From Candidatus Altiarchaeota archaeon (lineage in GTDB: Archaea; Altiarchaeota; Altiarchaeia; IMC4; SCGC-AAA252-I15): a stretch of DNA of 64,000 nt. The notes beneath the pieces are model-generated. The model made no database searches, was not told the origin of the DNA, and worked only from the letters and a program-made list of their open reading frames with translations. Below, one piece after another: positions 48,871 through 58,271 of the stretch. The stretch lies in assembly GCA_043813075.1 (NCBI GenBank), contig JBDRLL010000036.1:1-64000 (forward strand), given 5' to 3'. Numbering within the stretch: position 1 is the stretch's first letter; each line of letters opens with the position of its first letter. The translations under genes were made by a program, and so were the position numbers.

Positions 48871-50133
48871 TTAATAAAGACTCGCTGACTCAAAGTCAAT
48901 AAGGGTGGTCACCACCATCAGTATGGACGCCAAAACCAGTATCCCGCATCCGGCCCATGATATCACATTCATCCACCATGGATTAACGTGCTCGCCCATA
49001 AGCCGCTTATCGTTCACCAACAGTATTATCGGCACCAGTATGAAGGGGAGGAGTATCCCATTTACGACTTGGGCCGCTATTATCAAAGGTATCAGTGGTA
49101 TGCCGGGAATCAAAACCACCGCAACCGCAACCACTGTGAGAAGTATGAGTATCAGATAGAATTCCCTTGCCTCATAGAAGCTCCTGTTGACGCCCGACTC
49201 CCAGCCAAGAGCCTCACAAACATAGAATGACGTTGATATCGGGAGTATGAAGGCGCCGAACAATGCGGCCCCGAAAAAGCCTACGGCAAAGAGGATGAAC
49301 GCGTAGTTGCCTGCCAGCGGCTGCAATGCCTTGGCCGCATCCTCAGCGGACTCCACGCTCACACCATTAGCGAACAGCACGGTCCCGCAGACTACGATGA
49401 TGAAGAAGCTCACCGCATCCGTCAGCACGCAACCCACTATAACCTCCATCCTCGAATACACGTAGTCTTTAACCTCAAGACCCTTCTCCACGACAGAAGA
49501 CTGGAGGTAAAACTGCATCCAAGGAGTCACCGTAGTGCCCACCACACCAATCAGCAGGATGAGATAGGGTGCCGTCAATGAGAACGACGGCATGAACGTC
49601 TCCCTAGCCACCACACCCCAGTCAGGATTCGAGAGAAACCCTGAGACAACGTATGAAGCATAGAAGAGTATCATCAGGAGGAAGAATTTTTCAAGAGACT
49701 TGTAGTCTAATTTCAATACGGTTATTAGCACGAACAACGCGCAGAACGGGACCACAAGATACTTGCTTAATCCGAACAAAGAGCCTGCAGCCGCAATCCC
49801 CGCGAACTCTGATACCGTGACGAACAAATTAGCGAAAAGCAGGCCCAGCATCAGGAAGAAAGTGATCCTCAAGCCGAAGTTCTCCCTAATCAAGTCTGCC
49901 AGACCCTTTCCTGTGACAACACCCATCCTAGCGCACATCTCCTGGACCATGACAAGGAGTATGGTGATGGGTATTATCGCCCAGAGCATGCCGTAGCCGT
50001 AATGGGCTCCCGCGATAGTGTATGTGGTAATCCCCCCAGCATCGTTGTCCACGGCGGCGGTTATCAATCCAGGGCCGAGAACCCCGAAAAGGAAGAGCAC
50101 CCTCCTACCGCTGAGTCTTCCTAGAATTTCCAT
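48871..50133 (-). CDS. NRAMP-family divalent metal transporter
   Basis: GPGLITAAVDNDAGGITTY, QEMCARMG, GTTVTPWMQF. Confidence 0.9.
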   Translation of the reverse strand: MEILGRLSGRRVLFLFGVLGPGLITAAVDNDAGGITTYTIAGAHYGYGMLWAIIPITILLVMVQEMCARMGVVTGKGLADLIRENFGLRITFFLMLGLLFANLFVTVSEFAGIAAAGSLFGLSKYLVVPFCALFVLITVLKLDYKSLEKFFLLMILFYASYVVSGFLSNPDWGVVARETFMPSFSLTAPYLILLIGVVGTTVTPWMQFYLQSSVVEKGLEVKDYVYSRMEVIVGCVLTDAVSFFIIVVCGTVLFANGVSVESAEDAAKALQPLAGNYAFILFAVGFFGAALFGAFILPISTSFYVCEALGWESGVNRSFYEAREFYLILILLTVVAVAVVLIPGIPLIPLIIAAQVVNGILLPFILVPIILLVNDKRLMGEHVNPWWMNVISWAGCGILVLASILMVVTTLIDFESASLY

Positions 50134-51406
50134 TTATACGCCTCATAATCTTCATCGGCCGGTACTTGTCCCTCTTCCACGACTCCGGCATTATCTCGCT
50201 CAACACGTCGTCTATCTTCACCACACCCCGCAGGAGGTTGTCGCCGTCTACCACGGGAAGGGTGAACAAGTCATACCTAGCCATAGCCTTGGCGATATCC
50301 TCTTTAGGTGTTGAAAGACCAACATGTATCACCTCAGACTTCATGATGTCGTATATCCTAGCGTCAGCGTCAGCAGTCAGAAGGTTCCTAGTTCGAAGAA
50401 CACCTATGAGGCGCTGCTGCGGATCCGTCACATATATGTGGTAGCTTATGTCTGATGAAGGCCTGTTCTTGCGCAAATAGTCGATAGTCCCCTGCGCGGT
50501 ATTGTCAGCTGGCACGGAAATGAAGTTGGTCTCCATTATGGCGCCCGCACTGTCAGAAGGCAAGTCAAGTATCTTCTTTATCTTGTCCGCAGTGTTCTTA
50601 CGCATCAGACTCAACATGTAATTCTGCTTTTCCATAGGCATGAGACTCAGTATGTCTGCGGCCTCGTCAGTGGGAATGTCCTCCAGAAGGTCTTTGACAC
50701 GCTCCAGCTTCATGTCCTTAAAGACGGACTCCTGTACTTCAGGTTCCGCGTCAAGAAGTGTTTGAACCGCCTTCTTCTGGTCAAGCGCCTTGAATATGAG
50801 CACACGCTCCCGGTGGGATAGGTCCTCCATAACGTCCGCTATGTCCTCGGAGTGCATGTCAGCTATCTTCGACTTCTGGATGTTCAAGTGTATGTCGTGC
50901 AGCTTAGGCTCAAGGAGCTCCACCGCATGCCAGTGTATCACGTTGGCCTCCAGCTTGTCGGAAGCCTTGCTTGAAACCCATGGTATGCCAAGCCTGGCGG
51001 CGAAACTCCTGCCCCCGACAGCGACCGCCACCACGCAAAGCTTCTTGCTTATCTTCCCCAAGACAACGTCGTTGACGCGGACTATCTTCGCGCCGTTAAC
51101 GTCAACAACCTGTTTGTCCAGTATCTGGCCGACACGCAGGTCATCGTCACGGGGGAAGAAGTGGATTATCTTGTCTATGGGCTGGTCCAGATAGACGTCT
51201 ATTCCCTTCCCAGACTCCTTCTCCTTGAACTCGTTCACGTGCCTGAATGGTATTTTACGCCGGTATTTGTCTTCACCAGAGTATATAAGGTGGGTTACTT
51301 CAGCGTATTCCTTACCGTCCACGAAGACCATGTCCGTGAGTTTCCCCACCATCTTCCTGTCGGAGTCATAGACCGGTCTTCCGCTTAATTCGCTGAAATA
51401 GACCAT
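50105..51406 (-). CDS. PRC-barrel / MgtE-N / CBS domain protein
   Basis: LDKQVVDVNGAKIVRVND, MHSEDIAD, SAGAIME, two CBS domains; no MgtE TM part. Confidence 0.85.
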   Translation of the reverse strand: MVYFSELSGRPVYDSDRKMVGKLTDMVFVDGKEYAEVTHLIYSGEDKYRRKIPFRHVNEFKEKESGKGIDVYLDQPIDKIIHFFPRDDDLRVGQILDKQVVDVNGAKIVRVNDVVLGKISKKLCVVAVAVGGRSFAARLGIPWVSSKASDKLEANVIHWHAVELLEPKLHDIHLNIQKSKIADMHSEDIADVMEDLSHRERVLIFKALDQKKAVQTLLDAEPEVQESVFKDMKLERVKDLLEDIPTDEAADILSLMPMEKQNYMLSLMRKNTADKIKKILDLPSDSAGAIMETNFISVPADNTAQGTIDYLRKNRPSSDISYHIYVTDPQQRLIGVLRTRNLLTADADARIYDIMKSEVIHVGLSTPKEDIAKAMARYDLFTLPVVDGDNLLRGVVKIDDVLSEIMPESWKRDKYRPMKIMRRINGNSRKTQR

Positions 51407-51457
51407 AAGATATTGATAGGAGTGGTATTGTATAAATACTCAATAACATATTCTCTC

Positions 51458-53095
51458 ATGGACAGTGTTTGGCAGAGGCCATCCGTAATAATGCTTTTTT
51501 TGCTCCTCACCATAGCATCCACCCTCCCGCTCATACTTGAGATGGGGCATGTCACAAGGTTCCAGGACTCCCGCATGTACTTGTGGAGCATATGGTGGTG
51601 GCGTGACTCCATAGTCGGCAGATTCTCTAATCCATTCCACACAAGCCACATATGCTACCCCAACGAGCTTAGCCTGTACTTCCAGAACAGGGCGTCACTG
51701 ATGATGACGCTCGCCATCCCGTTGACGTTCATCTTCAGCGTCGAGTGGTCGTACAATATTATCGTCCTAGCGTCGTTCGTGCTGACAGGCTACGGAACGT
51801 ACCTGCTGTGCAGGCATGTCACTGGGAACGAGTACGCGTCCATCGTTGGCGGAAGCCTGTTTGCGTTCAGCGCCATAAGGTTCCACTGGGTGGACTTGGG
51901 GTGGGTGAACAACCTGAGCTGCCAGTGGATACCATTCTACGTGCTTTACCTGCTGAAGTCCATGAAGGATGGCGGTAGGATGAATAACCTGCTTGCCGGC
52001 GTTTTCCTCGCTTTCACCGCAATGACCCAGCTGGAACACCTGGTTTACGTAACACTCATAACAGCGGTCGTATGCGCGTACAGTGGGGTGAAAGCCTTCA
52101 GAAAAACCATTCCCGCATTCATGGTATTCCTGATAGTCTCTTCACCAGTGATGATACCAACTCTAATGGAGACATTCCCCCCAAAGTATGTGAACCCGTT
52201 AATGGAAGAAGTGGTGTCAGACTCTGCGGACGCGCTCGGCCTGCTCATCCCAGCCCCGGACAACCCGCTCTTCAAGAAATGCGTTCAAGGACTCTACAGC
52301 AGATTCAAGACAACACCCTATGTGAGGGTGTCGTTCGCAGGATACACGACACTAGCCCTGGCAGGATACTGCATCATGAAAAGGAGGGGTAGGGATACGT
52401 ACCTCTGGGCGACAGTCGCAGGACTATTCTACCTGCTCTCGCTGGGGCCAGTAGTCCACGTGCTTGGGGTGGAGACCGCCATCCCAGGAGCCTACAATAT
52501 TTTCAGGCTCCTTCCGGCCGTTGGCGCCATGCGTTTCGTGAACAGGTTCACGCTGATAACACAGATGGGGCTCGCCATACTGGCAGCCATGGGTTTCGCC
52601 AGGATTTCAGAGGGTATGGGCAGTAAGCGCCTTATTGCGCTAACGTGTATTGCACTCGCGTTCGGCCTACTTGAGTCTTCATCACCAGTAGACATGATGA
52701 AGGGTTACGGGAAAATGGGCGCATACACTGTTATGAACGAGGGTAGCGTACTCCACATACCATACAGGAGCAATGACGCCATGTATGTGGGAGTCATGCA
52801 TGGAAGGCCCCTGGTGAACTGTTTCCTCCCCAGAAAGCCGATAATATATCCTGAGGCAGGTAAGATACGGGCTCTCCAGCCGGTTTTGAACCGTATGCAG
52901 AATCCGGGGCGCTTAAGGGGGTATGAGAATGCTGGCGGAGACATGAGAGTACTGGAGGGGTACGACGTCAGATACGTTACGGTCGAGAAGTCATACTACA
53001 AGAACGGTACGGAAGACCTTAAGAGGCTTATGGATTCAATGGGTGCTACTATCCTGGGGGAAGACGATGATATCATGGTGTTTGGACTGCCCTAG
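51458..53095 (+). CDS. polytopic membrane protein, probable GT-C (YfhO-like)
   Basis: WSIWW...NPF, SYN, QWIPF, LLSLGP, MRFVNRF motifs. Confidence 0.65.
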   Translation: MDSVWQRPSVIMLFLLLTIASTLPLILEMGHVTRFQDSRMYLWSIWWWRDSIVGRFSNPFHTSHICYPNELSLYFQNRASLMMTLAIPLTFIFSVEWSYNIIVLASFVLTGYGTYLLCRHVTGNEYASIVGGSLFAFSAIRFHWVDLGWVNNLSCQWIPFYVLYLLKSMKDGGRMNNLLAGVFLAFTAMTQLEHLVYVTLITAVVCAYSGVKAFRKTIPAFMVFLIVSSPVMIPTLMETFPPKYVNPLMEEVVSDSADALGLLIPAPDNPLFKKCVQGLYSRFKTTPYVRVSFAGYTTLALAGYCIMKRRGRDTYLWATVAGLFYLLSLGPVVHVLGVETAIPGAYNIFRLLPAVGAMRFVNRFTLITQMGLAILAAMGFARISEGMGSKRLIALTCIALAFGLLESSSPVDMMKGYGKMGAYTVMNEGSVLHIPYRSNDAMYVGVMHGRPLVNCFLPRKPIIYPEAGKIRALQPVLNRMQNPGRLRGYENAGGDMRVLEGYDVRYVTVEKSYYKNGTEDLKRLMDSMGATILGEDDDIMVFGLP

Positions 53096-54095
53096 AGACA
53101 TCGTACTTCCACTTCCAACCGAAGTTTGCTGGAGCAGGCTTCATGCGTATCCTGACTTTATCCCCGACACCCATTTTAAGCCGCTTCTGGTGGGGTATGA
53201 AAATCTGCTTCCAATGCGTTAAAGGCTCTTCCGGAGCGCTGCTCAACAAGACATTATCTGACAAATGAGCTCTGAAGTACATGAGGCATCCGGTGAACTC
53301 GCCAGCCTCCCGTATCGTGAACTCCGCGTCTATCCTGATCTTCTTAGGGGGGTTATGAAGGTCGACCGAGAACGCGACCAAATCAGGGGAAAGCCGCCTG
53401 GTCCCAGGTCCTGCCTCAAAATTGCGTATCTTGTCAGGCACCTTGCCCACCACAGAATAGTCCACGCCATGCATCCGCTTCCAGAATCCGAGGCCCACTT
53501 CAGTGGTTTCGACGGGCGCTAACACCACGTCTATCCTCCCGGGGATTATGGCACCACCATCACGGAGGTATTTCTTCGCAGTGCGTATCTTGTCTGCTAT
53601 GCCCTCGTCTATTATCTCCATGCCGATGAGCTCAGATATTATGCAGTCCACTTTCGGTATGTTCAAGTCGTTAACATCAGTCCGCATGAACTCTATGGCC
53701 CCGATACCCTGTCTCTCGGCAGCCTTCCTGCCCACATCTATTATCTTAGCGGAGTCGACGGCGTATACTTTGCCTGCCCCCGCTTCTGCCGCATAGAAGG
53801 ACAGTATTCCCGTCCCAGTACCCAAGTCCAGCACAGTGTCGCCTTCCTTAACCACTTCGGATATCGCCTGCCTGAACGCCTCCAGGCGGACTTCGTCCAT
53901 GAGGAGCGTCCGGTGGACGTCCAGACTGTTCCAGTAGTATTGGGTGCCTGTGCCGCTCAGGATGCGGACCGTGAATATCTCGTCTATGAACGTGGTCGCG
54001 TCACTGACCCATAGCACAAAGTCCCTGTAGAAGAGCCGTATGAAACCCTTAACCCTCGATATAGCACGCAGTATGATGACACACCCCATATTCAA
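53073..54095 (-). CDS. PRMT-like SAM-dependent methyltransferase
   Basis: H-x3-LMD-x2-R, VLDLGTGTG, VYAVD, double-E loop ISELIGMEIIDE, THWKQ; the start may be ATG at 54089. Confidence 0.85.
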   Translation of the reverse strand: MNMGCVIILRAISRVKGFIRLFYRDFVLWVSDATTFIDEIFTVRILSGTGTQYYWNSLDVHRTLLMDEVRLEAFRQAISEVVKEGDTVLDLGTGTGILSFYAAEAGAGKVYAVDSAKIIDVGRKAAERQGIGAIEFMRTDVNDLNIPKVDCIISELIGMEIIDEGIADKIRTAKKYLRDGGAIIPGRIDVVLAPVETTEVGLGFWKRMHGVDYSVVGKVPDKIRNFEAGPGTRRLSPDLVAFSVDLHNPPKKIRIDAEFTIREAGEFTGCLMYFRAHLSDNVLLSSAPEEPLTHWKQIFIPHQKRLKMGVGDKVRIRMKPAPANFGWKWKYDVSRAVQTP

Positions 54096-54610
54096 ATCAC
54101 TATAACCCGATCCCTGCCGCCATCAATCTCCCTCAGCTTCATCCTCACAGTCTCCCTGCTTGACGTGGGTATCATACGGCCAACAAAGTCGGCTGATATG
54201 GGGTACTCCCTATGGCCCCTGTCGATGAGGACGGAAATCTTTATGCTGGACGGGCGACCGTACTCGATTATCGCGTCCATTGCGGCACGCATTGTCCGGC
54301 CGGTGTAGAGCACGTCGTCGACGATTATTATGTCTGCGCCGTCAACGTTGAACGGCATTACAGATTCGTTGCCTCCCTCGTAGTCTATGTCGTCCCTGAA
54401 TGGCCGGGTGTCCAGTTCACCGACCTTGAGTCTTACGCCGCTTATCTCCTTGATCTTGTCGGAGAGCCTCCCTGCCACGTATACGCCGCGCGTTTTTATC
54501 CCTATCAGGAATGTGTGGCTCAAGTCCGGGCTCTTGCGGACTATGCTGTACGCCATGTTGCTTATGCTATCCCGTATCTCCTGATCGTTCATTAGTACCG
54601 GCTCGGTCAT
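54092..54610 (-). CDS. pyrR: bifunctional pyr regulator / uracil phosphoribosyltransferase
   Basis: GIKTRG, FRDD, VDDVLYTGRT, LIDRGHREYPISADFVG. Confidence 0.9.
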   Translation of the reverse strand: MTEPVLMNDQEIRDSISNMAYSIVRKSPDLSHTFLIGIKTRGVYVAGRLSDKIKEISGVRLKVGELDTRPFRDDIDYEGGNESVMPFNVDGADIIIVDDVLYTGRTMRAAMDAIIEYGRPSSIKISVLIDRGHREYPISADFVGRMIPTSSRETVRMKLREIDGGRDRVIVI

Positions 54611-54611
54611 G

Positions 54612-55268
54612 TTAAACCCTTTTTGTGCGTTCTATCAACTGGCGTATGACTTCGATCGCCTTGAGCGAATCCTTCTTGTCGACTATCAGGAAGGTGTTGT
54701 CGTAGCTTGAAGTCACCTCCACCAGGTTAATCCTGCTTCCCCCAAGCGCAGTCATCAATTGGGCGATGACTCCGGGTGTGTGCACTATCTCTTTGGGACT
54801 TGTTATTATTATCGCAGACAGGTCTTTTATTTTACTGTAAATATCATCCCCGCGTATCCCCATGTCACCCAAGTCCTCATCAGCGACCAATATCGTGGTG
54901 GTCCCTATGCCCTGTATCTTAACGTAAAACCCCCTGTTAGCGTCTATGACTGACGTGTATTTTGGTTCTTTGAACTCGGAATCGCCCTTCAGGTAAAGGA
55001 GGGCTATGTCATCCCTTAACTGAAGCCTGCTTTTACTGAAAAGGTCTCTGAGGGACTCGTCAACCTCGTTTGACATGATTCTAGCTGCAATCCGCTGTAT
55101 AGAAACCGCTATTGTGGATGTGCCCGCCTGGTGGCCGAGCCGTCTAACCACCTCCGGCTGTATGCGTCTGGCCAGGGAATGGTGGTTCACTATGCCCATC
55201 TGAAGAGCATTCATTATCCTAAGATCGCTTTTAAGAACCTCACCAACAACCTCAGATATTTGTTTCAT
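54612..55268 (-). CDS. archaeal ACT-domain regulator with N-terminal HTH-like region
   Basis: GIVNHHSLARRI; TPGVIA...INLVEVTSSY ACT domain. Confidence 0.75.
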   Translation of the reverse strand: MKQISEVVGEVLKSDLRIMNALQMGIVNHHSLARRIQPEVVRRLGHQAGTSTIAVSIQRIAARIMSNEVDESLRDLFSKSRLQLRDDIALLYLKGDSEFKEPKYTSVIDANRGFYVKIQGIGTTTILVADEDLGDMGIRGDDIYSKIKDLSAIIITSPKEIVHTPGVIAQLMTALGGSRINLVEVTSSYDNTFLIVDKKDSLKAIEVIRQLIERTKRV

Positions 55269-55293
55269 ATTATATTAAAATGTATTATTTAAA

Positions 55294-55338
55294 ACAAAAA
55301 AATGTTTTTTGTAATATATTGAACAATGTTATTATATT
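55294..55338. promoter_or_regulatory. palindromes in the divergent regulator/arg promoter
   Basis: ACAAAAAA-ATG-TTTTTTGT and AATATA..AACA-A-TGTT..TATATT in an AT-rich intergenic region. Confidence 0.35.
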
Positions 55339-55378
55339 ATTGTATTGTCTTATGAATTAAAAAAGGGGGCAATTCAAG

Positions 55379-56671
55379 ATGAGCGAAGAAGAGATGACGC
55401 TGGAAGAGATAATCAGGAAGATAGATGAGACTCCAAAACCAAAAGTAAAGAAAGCATGCATCGCATACTCGGGGGGCCTGGACTCCTGCCTTGGAGTGGA
55501 ATTCCTGAGGAGGGTCTACGGCGCCGAAGAGATAGTGGCGATAACACTCGATGTGGGGCAGGGCGAAGAGGAGATAAGAGACGCCAGTGAAAAAGCCAAG
55601 AAGCTGGGCATCAAGCCCATAATGATAGACGTCAAGGAAGAATTCACGGAAGTGTGGATGAAGAAGGCCATAATGGCGAACAGCAGCTACAACGGCTATC
55701 CAGTATCAACATCAATGACACGCCAGCTTGTCGCCGCAGTAGCGGCGGAAGAAGCGGTAAAACACGGGTGCGACGCAATACTCGAAGGATGCACTGGAAA
55801 AGGTAACGACCAGTACAGGATGCACAACGTCATCAAATACTTCGCGCCAGACATGGAGATACTACAGCCCGTCAGAGACTTCGACATGACACGACTGGAG
55901 GAGAACATCCTGGTGAAAGAATGGGGTGTGCCAGTCAACGAGCAGTTGACCGGCGGAGACGATAAGACAATGTGGTGCCGCAGCATCGCGTCAGGTGCAG
56001 TGGACTTGAACCAGCCATTAAATGACGACATATGGATGTGGCTAGTCCCCCCAGAGAAGGCGCCAGACAAGCCGGAGATAGTTGACATAGAATTCGAAAA
56101 GGGAGTCCCGGTATCGCTCAACGGGACCAGGAGGAAGCTGGGAGACCTTGTCATGGAACTCAACGTGATAGCAGGTAAAAACGGCGTAGGAAAGATAGAC
56201 ATGTTCGAGGACGGGATAATGAACATGAAGAGCAGGGAGATATACGAGGCGCCCGCCGCACACGTGATACTCAAACTACACAGCGACCTCGAACAATGGT
56301 GCCTCACAAAAGACGAAATCCAGTTCAAGAAGAGCGTGGACGCGAAATGGGCGTACCTCGTCTACCACGGGGAATGGTTCCACCCCCTCAAGGAAGACCT
56401 GGATGCGTTCATAGGGAAGAGCCAGGAGAACGTTAACGGAACGTACAGGGTGAAACTCTACAAAGGCAACATAGACATAGTGGAACGCCACTCCGACTCG
56501 GGACTGTTCAGCAAGGAGATGAGGTCCATAAAGACCAGGGGATTCGACCAGCGCTGGGCCATAGGGTCAACAAAAGTGGAGACCCTCCAGTGGATGATAA
56601 TGGCGAAAGCTGGTAGGACGACTAATGCCACCTCAAAAAAGAAGGTGGTTGTTGAGGTGAAAACGAAATAA
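55379..56671 (+). CDS. argG: argininosuccinate synthase, divergent paralog
   Basis: AYSGGLDS, GCTGKGNDQ, KSREIYEAP. Confidence 0.85.
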   Translation: MSEEEMTLEEIIRKIDETPKPKVKKACIAYSGGLDSCLGVEFLRRVYGAEEIVAITLDVGQGEEEIRDASEKAKKLGIKPIMIDVKEEFTEVWMKKAIMANSSYNGYPVSTSMTRQLVAAVAAEEAVKHGCDAILEGCTGKGNDQYRMHNVIKYFAPDMEILQPVRDFDMTRLEENILVKEWGVPVNEQLTGGDDKTMWCRSIASGAVDLNQPLNDDIWMWLVPPEKAPDKPEIVDIEFEKGVPVSLNGTRRKLGDLVMELNVIAGKNGVGKIDMFEDGIMNMKSREIYEAPAAHVILKLHSDLEQWCLTKDEIQFKKSVDAKWAYLVYHGEWFHPLKEDLDAFIGKSQENVNGTYRVKLYKGNIDIVERHSDSGLFSKEMRSIKTRGFDQRWAIGSTKVETLQWMIMAKAGRTTNATSKKKVVVEVKTK

Positions 56672-56677
56672 CATTAG

Positions 56678-56699
56678 TGTGGGGATTACGCCCCCCACC
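56678..56699 (+). terminator. GC hairpin after the first argG
   Basis: GTGGGG...CCCCAC stem followed by ATTATTTT. Confidence 0.3.
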
Positions 56700-56759
56700 C
56701 ACCATTATTTTAGTGGGATGAACAAATAGGTTACACAAGGCCACGGGCCTAAAAAAAAG

Positions 56760-58271
56760 ATGGATAAATCAAAGAAGCTTTGGGGTGGACGGTTCCAGAA
56801 GAACCCGACGAAAAGCGTTGAAGACTTCCTCCAGTCCATAGAAGTGGACCGTGAGATGGTCTTGGAAGACATCTGGGGTAGCGAAGCCCACGCCATAATG
56901 CTGGCCAAACAGGGCATCATCGACAACAAGGACTTGAAGAAGATACTATACTGGCTGGAGAAGGCCCGTAAAGACTACCTGTCAGGCAAGTTCGTGCTGA
57001 CCACCGAGAACGAGGACGTCCACATGAACGTGGAACGATACCTTATCGACGGGGCAGGACCAGAGTACGGCGGCAAACTCCATACAGCCCGCAGCCGTAA
57101 CGACCAGGTTCTCGTGGACTCGAAGATGCACATACGCAAGAAGATAATAGGCGTGAAAAAACAGGTCATCGGACTGCAGAAGGTGTTCCTGAAGATCGCT
57201 GGGGAGAACCTGGAGACGCCGGTCCCAGGATACACGCACACTCAGGACGCGCAACCCATAACACTGGGCTTCTGGGCCACCGCCTACGTGAGCATGCTCA
57301 TGCGAGACCTACGCCGGCTGGACAACGCGTACGAGATAGTTGACATGAACCCGCTGGGAGCGTGCGCGCTCGCAGGCACTTCATTCAACACAGACCGAAT
57401 GCTAACCACAAAACTCCTCGGATTCAGCAAGGTGCACCACCACTCGCTAGACATAATAAGCAGCCGCGACTTCATCGCAGAGACACTGTGCGCGCTAACC
57501 CTCCTTATGAGCAGCCTGAGCAAGCTGGCGGAGGAGATGGTGTACTGGAGCACATACGAGTTCGGCATACTTGAACTCGACGACAGCTACACTGCAGGAA
57601 GCAGCATCATGCCGCAGAAGAAGAACCCTTGCATCGCAGAGCTCACGCGAGGCCGAACAGGACGGATTTACGGCTCGCTAATCCAGTTGCTGACGATGCT
57701 GAAGGGCATCCCGATGGGCTACAACCGGGACCTGCAGGAGGACAAGCCGCCACTATGGAATGCGTTCAAGGTGATAGAGGACACGCTGGACGTGACGACG
57801 GGCATGATAGACACCATGAAGGTGAACAAGGAGCGGCTTGCGGAGCTGGCTGGAGCCAACTTCACGACAGCAACAGAGCTCGCGAACCACCTGGTGCGGG
57901 AGCATGGGATAAGCTTCCGGGAATGCCACCACATAGTCGGAGACTTGGTGGGCACCCTGCACCGCAAGGGGAAGAATTTCATGGACTTCGACGAGGTTGA
58001 TGAAGTGCTGGGCAAACACGGGATAAAGATAGGCTACGACGAGATGCGGAACATCTTCGACCCGAAGAAGAACATATACACGTACAAGAGCCTTGGAAGC
58101 ACGTCCCCGAAGGAGGTCTCGAAGATGATGAAGATGTTCGAGAAGGATGTCATTGAAAAGGAGAAGATAACGCTAAAACAGGAGAACAGCATTAAAGACG
58201 CGGAGAAACTAACGCAAAAAACGGTAAATGCCGTGCTTGAAGGCGGAGACATATTAAAGATAAAGATATGA
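56760..58271 (+). CDS. argH: argininosuccinate lyase
   Basis: KLWGGRF, HTARSRNDQV, GSSIMPQKKNP, YNRDLQEDK. Confidence 0.97.
   Translation: MDKSKKLWGGRFQKNPTKSVEDFLQSIEVDREMVLEDIWGSEAHAIMLAKQGIIDNKDLKKILYWLEKARKDYLSGKFVLTTENEDVHMNVERYLIDGAGPEYGGKLHTARSRNDQVLVDSKMHIRKKIIGVKKQVIGLQKVFLKIAGENLETPVPGYTHTQDAQPITLGFWATAYVSMLMRDLRRLDNAYEIVDMNPLGACALAGTSFNTDRMLTTKLLGFSKVHHHSLDIISSRDFIAETLCALTLLMSSLSKLAEEMVYWSTYEFGILELDDSYTAGSSIMPQKKNPCIAELTRGRTGRIYGSLIQLLTMLKGIPMGYNRDLQEDKPPLWNAFKVIEDTLDVTTGMIDTMKVNKERLAELAGANFTTATELANHLVREHGISFRECHHIVGDLVGTLHRKGKNFMDFDEVDEVLGKHGIKIGYDEMRNIFDPKKNIYTYKSLGSTSPKEVSKMMKMFEKDVIEKEKITLKQENSIKDAEKLTQKTVNAVLEGGDILKIKI

Noticed and set aside
48871-51406. MgtE-like protein lacking its TM domain as a pseudogene
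   Set aside because: The ORF is intact, and pairing of MgtE-N/CBS proteins with NRAMP transporters is a known arrangement
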